A DNA stretch of 64,000 nucleotides from Candidatus Bathyarchaeota archaeon (GTDB taxonomy: Archaea > Thermoproteota > CALKCG01 > B24), in contig JAGTQM010000002.1 of assembly GCA_018396755.1 (NCBI GenBank), positions 19,972 through 83,971 on the forward strand, in the 5' to 3' direction. Position 1 is the stretch's first letter, and every line of letters begins with the position of its first letter. Shown piece after piece: positions 17,356-24,778 of the stretch. A program made the position numbers and the translations under genes. The notes below the pieces were generated by a model. That model was not told where the DNA came from. It was given only the letters and a program-made list of their open reading frames with translations, and did no database searches.

Positions 17356-18308
17356 GTAAGCTTAAAGTTACGGCTTTAGCGGGTGGCGTAGGAGCAGCAA
17401 AATTTCTCAGAGGCCTTATTGAAGTGGTTCCTCAAGAAAATGTGAGTATTATTGGAAATGTCGGAGATGATTTAACGCTTTACGGTTTGCATATAAGCCC
17501 AGACTTAGATATAGTCATGTATACGCTTGCAGATTTGGTATGTAAAGAGAAGGGATGGGGTATAGAGGAGGATAGCTTCAACTGTCTAAATATGCTTTCA
17601 AGATACGGGTTTGATCCATGGTTTAAGCTTGGAGACACAGATTTAGCGACGCATATCTACAGAACCTACCTGCTTAAAAGCGGTTTAACACTATCACAAG
17701 CAACACTTGAACTATGTAGAAAACTCGGGTTGAAAATTAGATTGATCCCTGTGACTGATGACTACTTACGGACAGTAATATACTCTGATGCAGGACGATT
17801 AACGTTTCAAGAATACTTCGTTAAGATGAAATGTGAGCCTAAGGTCTTAGGTATTGTTTTCGAAGGAGCTGAAGAAGCTGAACCGTCTTCAGGGGTTTTT
17901 GAAGCATTGGAAGAAGCTGACGTTATAGTGTTATGTCCAAGCAATCCAATACTGAGCATAGGACCAATACTGGCTGTTAAAGGTATTAGGAGCTTCCTTA
18001 GAAGGTCTCTAAAGCCTATAGTAGCCATAAGCCCTATAGTAGCTGGTAAAGCTTTGAAAGGTCCAGCTGATAAAATTATGTTGGAGCTTGGATTGAAGCC
18101 GTCAGCTTTAACTGTAGCAGAGTTTTACAGAGACTTTTTAAAAGTTTTCATAGTCGATGTTAGAGATGGAAATCTTAAATTCGAAGTTGAACAAATCGGC
18201 ATTAAAGTCGTTTTAACGGATACCATTATGAGCAGTTTGAGTAAACAGATTACCCTCGCCAGAGAAACTCTTAAAGCAGCTTTAGAAATTCATAATATAA
18301 ATTGTTGA
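17343..18308 (+). CDS. cofD: 2-phospho-L-lactate (or EPPG) transferase CofD/FbiA
   Basis: VTALAGGVGAAKFLRGL...NVGDD...LCPSNPILSIGPIL matches CofD. The ATG at 17343 is preferred over the track start at 17310, which overlaps the upstream gene by 46 nt. Confidence 0.8.
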   Translation: MEDLSKLKVTALAGGVGAAKFLRGLIEVVPQENVSIIGNVGDDLTLYGLHISPDLDIVMYTLADLVCKEKGWGIEEDSFNCLNMLSRYGFDPWFKLGDTDLATHIYRTYLLKSGLTLSQATLELCRKLGLKIRLIPVTDDYLRTVIYSDAGRLTFQEYFVKMKCEPKVLGIVFEGAEEAEPSSGVFEALEEADVIVLCPSNPILSIGPILAVKGIRSFLRRSLKPIVAISPIVAGKALKGPADKIMLELGLKPSALTVAEFYRDFLKVFIVDVRDGNLKFEVEQIGIKVVLTDTIMSSLSKQITLARETLKAALEIHNINC

Positions 18309-18976
18309 AGCAGATAGTCTACGCTGTAATACCAGTAAAAGACCCATGCGAAAGTAAGACAAGATTGTCTAATGTTTTAAGCCTTGATGCTAGGAAGAAG
18401 CTGACGCTATTTATGTTTGAAGACGTGATCTCAACGTTGAAATATTCTAAACTATTGGCTGGAATAGTGGTTATAAGCTCAAGTCTAGAAGTTTTAGATT
18501 TAGGGAGAAAACTAGGTTGTGAAACTGTGAGAGAAGGGGCTAGAGGCGTTGGACTCAATAAAGCTGTGGAACTAGGGGTTAAGCATTCCGGAAAACTGGG
18601 AGCAGAAGCTGTACTGATACTGCCAGCAGATATACCTATGATAAACCCTGAAGATGTTGACAAGTTGCTGTTGACAGGTTTAAGCTTGAAGAAACCTTAT
18701 GTAGTTATATCGCCGTCTGAAGATAAAGGGACGAACGCTTTAATGTTGAGCCTTCCTACACCAATAACCTTCAGATTTGGACCGAATAGCTACACGTTAC
18801 ATCTATATGAGGCGGAAAAAATCAGGTCTAGTGTAGCCGTCTTCTACTCTAAGAGTATAATGCTAGATGTAGATGGTGAGAAGGACATCAGTTTCTTTTT
18901 GAAAGAGTTGAAGAATGGAAGAGGTAGAAAATCCTGGCTTTACTTGAAGGAAATATATGAAGGAAGATACACCTGA
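18302..18976 (+). CDS. cofC: Guanylyltransferase CofC/FbiD
   Basis: AVIPVKDPCESKTRLSNVLS...ILPADIPMI is the CofC-type MobA-like nucleotidyltransferase signature. The start overlaps the cofD stop. Confidence 0.75.
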   Translation: MLKQIVYAVIPVKDPCESKTRLSNVLSLDARKKLTLFMFEDVISTLKYSKLLAGIVVISSSLEVLDLGRKLGCETVREGARGVGLNKAVELGVKHSGKLGAEAVLILPADIPMINPEDVDKLLLTGLSLKKPYVVISPSEDKGTNALMLSLPTPITFRFGPNSYTLHLYEAEKIRSSVAVFYSKSIMLDVDGEKDISFFLKELKNGRGRKSWLYLKEIYEGRYT

Positions 18977-19014
18977 CTCCATATTATCTTAACGCTACAT
19001 ACAGTTGAATGCGA

Positions 19015-19638
19015 CTATTGTGGTCTAGGCTTTTCAACTGATGTAAACTTTCGACTAAGAGCTGGTAGAAGTCTCTTGTGGATTAATTGAGCTGGAAAGA
19101 AGGCGATCAAGACTTGAGAGGCATTATATAGTCCCGTAAGCGCCAATATGTATGTCATATTTGAAGTGAACCATTCTATTGTAGGTTGGGGAAATGGAAG
19201 CTTAGGTACTATTAGGAGGATGAAGGCTAGGTTTGGAATAGTCATTAAGACAACTCTTAAAATTACAGCTGAGCACACGGCAAGCTTCCAGCGCTTTTTT
19301 TCGATTAAAGTCAGTCCGGCTAAAGTTGACGCTATAGCTAATCCTTTCATAATGGGTCCGAAGAATGGTATGCCTGTATAACTCATTATAAGCACGCTGA
19401 AACTATCTATATTTATTGATAACCCCAACACTACTAGAACCGTTGCAAGTAGTGCAGGTTTAAGTCCAACTGCTAAGTACAGGAGATATATAACTATCTC
19501 AGCAGGATCGTAGAGGAGGTAGTTCAACGGTGGAAACGGTAGGAAATGGCTTACACCTGTAAGTTCAATCAAATATGCTAAAGCTCCAAATACTGCTGAG
19601 AGAGCTACAATACCGCTAGCACTTTTTAAACGACTCAC
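19015..19638 (-). CDS. Polytopic membrane protein (~6 TM), unknown function; size is compatible with an ECF S-component-like transporter
   Basis: 207 aa and hydrophobic throughout. I recognise no specific motif. Confidence 0.4.
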   Translation of the reverse strand: MSRLKSASGIVALSAVFGALAYLIELTGVSHFLPFPPLNYLLYDPAEIVIYLLYLAVGLKPALLATVLVVLGLSINIDSFSVLIMSYTGIPFFGPIMKGLAIASTLAGLTLIEKKRWKLAVCSAVILRVVLMTIPNLAFILLIVPKLPFPQPTIEWFTSNMTYILALTGLYNASQVLIAFFPAQLIHKRLLPALSRKFTSVEKPRPQ

Positions 19639-19689
19639 AGAATTCTCTTCTTCAGAACCCGCTTATATTTTTTACTCAAAATTTAAAAT

Positions 19690-19707
19690 TTACTCAAATT
19701 TGAGTAA
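19690..19707. promoter_or_regulatory. Perfect 18-bp palindrome TTACTCAAA|TTTGAGTAA, plus an extra half-site TTACTCAAA at 19672-19680, upstream of the membrane-protein gene
   Basis: Read directly. A TATA-like AAATATAA (minus sense, 19663-19670) lies ~26 nt upstream of the start at 19638. The palindrome lies just upstream of that box. Confidence 0.4.
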
Positions 19708-19774
19708 TAGTTCTGTCAAAGCATGAAGAAGCCGTATTGTTTCTCCCTCTGTCGGTTATCTTTAGAGATAGAGG

Positions 19775-19850
19775 TGGACCCGGCGGGATTCGAACCCGCG
19801 ACCTTGGGCTCCGAAGGCCCACGTCCTAGTCCGGGCTAGACGACGGGTCC
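19775..19850 (-). tRNA. tRNA-Arg (TCG)
   Basis: Hand-folded as GGACCCG-TC-GTCT-AGCCCGGACTA-GGAC-G-TGGGC-CTTCGGA-GCCCA-AGGTC-GCGGG-TTCGAAT-CCCGC-CGGGTCC-A. No intron and no encoded CCA. Confidence 0.85.
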
Positions 19851-19877
19851 TCTAAATACTACTTGAAGTAGGGTTAG

Positions 19878-21155
19878 TTAAGTGTTATTTGATTCTGGAG
19901 CTTCAGGTATAATATGTGTTCCCTCTGGAACTGCAAGTAATTCAGCATTTCTACTCGTTAAAGAGAACGCTATTTCTAAGGCTTCTTCAGGGCTTGAAGC
20001 AGGTATTAACATCATGTTTTCAAGCTCTTGAGCTGTTACACCTTTTGCATAGACGACTATGCGGCTTTTGGTGAGTATTCTAGCCATTATCTGGGCTTCC
20101 CACTGATCCCGAATAGGTTCATGATCCTTTATATGCTTAAGTAAATCTGCTGGGTTTTTAAACTTGGAAAACAGCTGGTAGAAGTGTTTATGGGCTACTC
20201 CATCTCTACACTCGGCTAGAAGCACTATTACACCGTTTGTCTTGACTAGAAGTTCACCTACGGCCATGCCTTTAACGGCTTGATATAGGTTTCTATCGGC
20301 CGGGTAGCCTCCACCACTCACTACAACGATGTCTGCTCTTTTTTCAGCCTTAGCCTTTATGGAACGTTCTATAAACTCTACAGCAGACCTATGAGTTTTA
20401 ATAGGTTCGCCTGAGAAACACTTTGAAATTCCTCCTTCGGAGCTTAAGACAACGTTTACAACAGCATCGAGTTCAGACATGGAGGAGGCTTCGCAGATAT
20501 CCCTATAGATTATATTCCTATTTAAAACTCCGAGTCTAGAGCTTGGATGATTTATCATAGCATAGGAGTGATTTCTATAGATTGTTTCAATACCGGAAAT
20601 CCCCGGTAGAATAATCTTACCTCCTCCGCTGTATCCTGCGAAGAAGTGGGGTTCTACCGTGCCACAGCCAATCTTTAAGTCGGCTTCAAAAATTCTACTG
20701 TTAACCCATAGGGGAGTAGCCCAAGATGTTTCACCGAGATACGTCAACTCATCAGTTTTTGAAGCGTCATGATTTACGATTTCAGCTTCTTCAAAGACTT
20801 TTCCACCTAAAAGTTCTTCAAGCTGGTTTTGAGAAGCCGGCTCATGTAATCCATTCGCTACTAGAACCGTGAAGTCTTTAAACCCTTCTTCTTTAAGCTT
20901 TTGGATAATTGGTGGTAAGACTTTACTCAGTGGAGTAGCTCTAGTATAATCTGTAACTATGAGTAGAGCCTTTGACCCTTTCTTGATAAACGGTGTTACT
21001 GGGTTTTCTAAGCTTCTTCTAACCTCATACTCCTCATTTGTAGACATTGACGGTCTAGACGTTTTTAAGACACCTATAAGGTTTTTATCCGGCAGTTCAA
21101 TTTCAATCTGCTCTCTACCATATGGGAGACTAACTTTCAAAACGCTTCGCCGCAC
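19878..21155 (-). CDS. larA: LarA-family nickel-pincer-dependent racemase/epimerase (DUF2088)
   Basis: 425 aa. LIVTDYTRATP...VLVANGLHEP...GYSGGGK, together with length and layout, fits the lactate racemase family. Confidence 0.7.
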   Translation of the reverse strand: MRRSVLKVSLPYGREQIEIELPDKNLIGVLKTSRPSMSTNEEYEVRRSLENPVTPFIKKGSKALLIVTDYTRATPLSKVLPPIIQKLKEEGFKDFTVLVANGLHEPASQNQLEELLGGKVFEEAEIVNHDASKTDELTYLGETSWATPLWVNSRIFEADLKIGCGTVEPHFFAGYSGGGKIILPGISGIETIYRNHSYAMINHPSSRLGVLNRNIIYRDICEASSMSELDAVVNVVLSSEGGISKCFSGEPIKTHRSAVEFIERSIKAKAEKRADIVVVSGGGYPADRNLYQAVKGMAVGELLVKTNGVIVLLAECRDGVAHKHFYQLFSKFKNPADLLKHIKDHEPIRDQWEAQIMARILTKSRIVVYAKGVTAQELENMMLIPASSPEEALEIAFSLTSRNAELLAVPEGTHIIPEAPESNNT

Positions 21156-21238
21156 ATTTAAAAGTTCAAGCCCTATTTAAACATCCCCCATATACTTAAA
21201 AATCTTGTGTAAAGACTTATCTAGTATAAATTAATCAA

Positions 21239-21775
21239 TTGATACTGAGGTGTTCCATTTTGGATGTTTTTGAAGCAATTAAAAAGAGAAGAAGCATTAG
21301 ACGTTATAAAAGGGAGACTAAAATCCCGGAAGAGCATCTCCTGAAGATTCTTGAAGCAGCTAGATTAGCTCCCTCCGCCGGCAACCGTCAACCTTGGAGG
21401 TTTGTAGTAGTAAAAGACCCTGAGGTTAAACGTAAACTTGCAGAAGCATGTAACAATCAAATTTTTATAGCAGATGCACAAGTGGCTATTGCAGCGATTG
21501 GAGATCCATCTGCTTCACGATGGTATCCACAAGATCCTATGATAGCTGTTGAACACATGGTTTTAGAAGCTACAGAGCTTGGTTATGGAACATGTTGGAT
21601 AGGGGCGTTTAATGAGGATGCTGTTAAGAAGGTTTTGAATATACCTTCCGAGCTTAAAGTCGTATGCGTAATTCCAATAGGTGTTCCAGATGAGGAGCCT
21701 CCAGCTAGACCTAGGAAAGCTATTGAAGAGATCTTCCACCTCGATAGATATGGAAACCCGTATAGAGTTAAATGA
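21239..21775 (+). CDS. Nitroreductase-family oxidoreductase
   Basis: AIKKRRSIRRYK...ARLAPSAGNRQPWRFVVV. The true start may be the internal TTG near 21260. Confidence 0.8.
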   Translation: MILRCSILDVFEAIKKRRSIRRYKRETKIPEEHLLKILEAARLAPSAGNRQPWRFVVVKDPEVKRKLAEACNNQIFIADAQVAIAAIGDPSASRWYPQDPMIAVEHMVLEATELGYGTCWIGAFNEDAVKKVLNIPSELKVVCVIPIGVPDEEPPARPRKAIEEIFHLDRYGNPYRVK

Positions 21776-21784
21776 GGGGGAAGA

Positions 21785-22294
21785 ATGAGCATCCTAGAAG
21801 ACCTCGACAGGTATATACCTGCAACCTACAACACCATGAAGAAGACAGGTCTACTGCTGGGTTCAACCGGATCTAATGGAAAGTCAAACCTCATGACAAT
21901 AGGATGGGGATTAATTGGAATAATCTGGGCCAAACCGATCTTCCTCACAGCCGTTAGGATAAGTAGATATACACATAAGCTTTTAGAGGAAAGCGGCGAA
22001 TTCACAGTGAATGTTCCCACTGAAGATATGGGTGAAGCATGTAAAATCTGTGGAACCACATCCGGTAGAGAGGTTGACAAGTTTGATAAGACTGGTTTGA
22101 ATTGGAAGCGTGGTGAATTTGTCAAAGCGCCAATTGTAGAAGGATGCCCCATCGTTTATGAGTGCAAAATCCTCTACAAGGATTCCGTTAAACTTCAAAC
22201 GCTACCTGAAGATCTAGTTGAGAATATTTATCCAAGAAGAGATTGGCATATCCTATATTATGGGGAAATTCTCAAAATACATGGGAAAGTTTAA
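21785..22294 (+). CDS. Flavin reductase-like (FMN-binding split-barrel) protein
   Basis: 169 aa. NLMTIGWGLIG...FLTAVRISRYTHKLLEESGEFTVNVP is typical of the flavin reductase domain. Confidence 0.65.
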   Translation: MSILEDLDRYIPATYNTMKKTGLLLGSTGSNGKSNLMTIGWGLIGIIWAKPIFLTAVRISRYTHKLLEESGEFTVNVPTEDMGEACKICGTTSGREVDKFDKTGLNWKRGEFVKAPIVEGCPIVYECKILYKDSVKLQTLPEDLVENIYPRRDWHILYYGEILKIHGKV

Positions 22295-22577
22295 CAAAAT
22301 AACCGCAACACCTTAATTTTTCACCGTAATGTTCTAGCTTTTATTTGCGTTGCTTATAAACTTGAGTGAAAAAATGGAAAGTCTCGGTTTTACTCTAGCG
22401 TCGATGAAGTGTTCAGCCACAATCCCTAGAGACCTATCCGACATTCTCACTTATGGATATACACAAGATTTATTCAGGATGCCTTCAAACCAGGTTGGAG
22501 GAATAATCTCAGGGATTGAAAGGCGTAATGCTTTTTAAGGAGAGAGTAATGTGTGTATGTGCTAAAGGTGAGGCGAA

Positions 22578-22964
22578 GTGTCAGCTAAAAAACCGTTTTA
22601 TGTTAGATTTAATGTACCTAAGGAGCTGGCGGATGCAGCCTATGAGACAATATTCATGATTAAGGAGACTGGTAAAATCAGACGGGGAGTTAACGAAGTT
22701 ACAAAGTCTGTTGATAGAGGGGCTGCTAAACTGGTGATCATAGCTGAGGATGTTGATCCGCCTGAAATAGTAGCGCATCTTCCCCTCTTATGTGAAGAAA
22801 GGAAAGTCCCGTACATTTACGTGCCATCTAAGAGACAGCTCGGCGTAGTAAGCGGTATAGAAGTAGCTACATCCTCAATAGCTGTAATAGACCCGGGAGA
22901 AGCGAAGGGAGTGTTCGAAGAGCTTATCTCTAAAATTGGGGCTCTTAGAAAAGGTGGAAGTTGA
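22578..22964 (+). CDS. rpl7ae: Ribosomal protein L7Ae (also a C/D and H/ACA sRNP protein)
   Basis: [16 protein letters not shown]...[46 protein letters not shown] start preceded by AAAGGTGAGG. Confidence 0.9.
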   Translation: MSAKKPFYVRFNVPKELADAAYETIFMIKETGKIRRGVNEVTKSVDRGAAKLVIIAEDVDPPEIVAHLPLLCEERKVPYIYVPSKRQLGVVSGIEVATSSIAVIDPGEAKGVFEELISKIGALRKGGS

Positions 22965-23185
22965 TGAGCTCTAAGAGGCCTAGAGAAGAGGAGCCTAGTC
23001 CAGCTGAAGTTATTCAAATAATAGAACGGACTGGCGTTACAGGTGAGATAGAACTCGTTAGAGTTAGGATTTTAGCTGGCCGTGAGAAGGGTAGGGTGAT
23101 CTCTAGAAACGTTAAAGGACCCGTTAGAGTAGGTGATGTTGTCCTCCTTAAAGAAACTGAGAGAGAAGCGAAACGTATAAGGTAG
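22961..23185 (+). CDS. rps28e: Ribosomal protein S28e
   Basis: [56 protein letters not shown]. Confidence 0.9.
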   Translation: MMSSKRPREEEPSPAEVIQIIERTGVTGEIELVRVRILAGREKGRVISRNVKGPVRVGDVVLLKETEREAKRIR

Positions 23186-23205
23186 TTGCAGAGGCGGAAT
23201 ATGTT

Positions 23206-23403
23206 ATGCTATCTAGAGCTAGAAAATGTTCTTTCTGCGGCTCTGATATACCCGTCGGATCAGGGCTTATGTACGTTAAGCGAGATGGCGCCATACTCTG
23301 GTTTTGCTCGAGGAAATGTAGAGTAAGTATGTTGGAGTTCCACCGAGACCCTAGAAAGTTTAAGTGGACTGAATACCACGGGAAGAAAGAAAGGAGTAGT
23401 TGA
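23206..23403 (+). CDS. rpl24e: Ribosomal protein L24e
   Basis: [34 protein letters not shown]. Confidence 0.9.
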   Translation: MLSRARKCSFCGSDIPVGSGLMYVKRDGAILWFCSRKCRVSMLEFHRDPRKFKWTEYHGKKERSS

Positions 23404-23442
23404 AACTTGTAGTCAAATTATAATGGGGAGGTATCGACCTAC

Positions 23443-24030
23443 ATGAGGATAGTTGTTTTAGCCGTTCCAGGGGGAGGTAAAACCACTATAATGCGTTATG
23501 TTCAGATGAGGAAACCCGATGTAACGATCGTCAATTTTGGAGATTACATGTTTAAAGCCGCTCGAGAACTCTATGGCGTTAAAGATAGGGATGAAATGCG
23601 TAAGAAGCTGCTGCCTGAAGACTATGTTAAACTTCAGGAGATTGCTGCTAAGGAAATATCTAACATATCCGGAGACATTTTGATCGATACCCATGCATCT
23701 ATAAAAATGGAGGGGGGATACTACCCGGGGTTGCCTGATGATGTCGTTAAACTGATGAAACCACACTATCTAATTCTCTTCGAATTCAATCCCGACGTTG
23801 TATTGTCTAGACGTATGAAAGATATGGGAGGCGTTAGAACGGGTAGAGACGTAGAGACATCTGAAGAGATCGAGCAACAGCAGCAAGTAAACAGGTTATT
23901 TGCAGCAGCCGCTGCGAATGCGGCTAGAGCGGTTTTACGTATTGTTAACCTGCGCTTCTCTGAGAAGCATCCGTATGAGCATGCTGAAGTAGGAGCTGAA
24001 GAGATTCTGAAACTCCTTAGAATGAGGTAG
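23443..24030 (+). CDS. adkA: Archaeal-type adenylate kinase
   Basis: 195 aa. It has the P-loop VPGGGKTT, plus NFGDYMFKAARELYGVKDRDEMRKL and LIDTHASIKMEGGYYPGLP. It is collinear with the Sulfolobus AdkA sequence as I recall it. Confidence 0.8.
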   Translation: MRIVVLAVPGGGKTTIMRYVQMRKPDVTIVNFGDYMFKAARELYGVKDRDEMRKKLLPEDYVKLQEIAAKEISNISGDILIDTHASIKMEGGYYPGLPDDVVKLMKPHYLILFEFNPDVVLSRRMKDMGGVRTGRDVETSEEIEQQQQVNRLFAAAAANAARAVLRIVNLRFSEKHPYEHAEVGAEEILKLLRMR

Positions 24031-24212
24031 ACTAATGCTTAATTAAAGAAAGATGGGAAAAGCCTAAATACTTATAAGCTCTGTTTAATATAACATGCCT
24101 ATATTCCTGAGAATACTTCGAGAAGATTGGGGCCAATAGGGTTTTTGAAAGTGGAGTATACTATACTTCACTTAGGAGAAAATGGGAGAAGGGCTTAGAA
24201 TGCTTCTTCCTC

Positions 24213-24476
24213 ATGAAAACCGAGGCTGGAGATTCCGTAGTAGGGTATGGTATACTGAAAGACTATAAAACTAAGGAAGAGTGGTTTAAAACTAGAAGGG
24301 AAAACTTTACAGAGCACGCTTGGAAAACTGTCCTGATACTTGGGAGACTTGTGAAATTTCAAAACCCAATCCCCGTGAAAGAACTTCAACTAGATCAGCG
24401 TTTAAAAGGTAAATGTCTACATGGTCTTAAAATAGACCAATTCTTAGTGGATAAAATACTAGGCTTATCACGTTAG
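24213..24476 (+). CDS. Hypothetical protein, possibly the 3' part of a disrupted PUA-like (EVE/ASCH-type) gene
   Basis: 87 aa from the track start. The frame is open back to 24111 without a canonical start. A short ORF from ATG 24095 (MPIFLRILREDWGQ*) lies in another frame. Confidence 0.3.
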   Translation: MKTEAGDSVVGYGILKDYKTKEEWFKTRRENFTEHAWKTVLILGRLVKFQNPIPVKELQLDQRLKGKCLHGLKIDQFLVDKILGLSR

Positions 24477-24709
24477 AGACAGAGTCTTAGAAAGCTATTT
24501 GCTCCAAGTTTTTATTACATTATAAATATAGTGCCTCTTATGCTATAATAACCTATATTATAATAATTGATTCGTAGTTCAATTTTCACCTTGAATTCGT
24601 TTACTTCCTCAGCCTTCACGAAGAATCAAATAAAAGTCCATGGATTAGAATTAGACTTCTAATTTACGTAAAAACTTAATCAAACCACAAAAACAATAAT
24701 AGTTTACCA

Positions 24710-24726
24710 AGCAATTATTAATTGCT
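24710..24726. promoter_or_regulatory. Palindrome AGCAATTA-T-TAATTGCT just upstream of a TATA-like TTTATATA (24738-24745)
   Basis: Read directly. It lies in front of the large membrane-protein gene that starts at 24770/24779. Confidence 0.3.
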
Positions 24727-24778
24727 CAAGAAAAATATTTATATACATTCCTTTCATAAATTAAAATTGGTGGAAAAA

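Noticed and set aside
22295-22577. Possible structured RNA upstream of rpl7ae (a GGAAAGTC match to the RNase P CR-I motif, and a 62-aa ORF at 22350-22538)
   Set aside because: The region is not GC-enriched, unlike the two tRNAs. No other RNase P conserved regions, convincing C/D boxes or k-turn could be found by eye. The ORF has no recognisable features. An L7Ae-binding 5' UTR k-turn cannot be excluded, but I could not support it.
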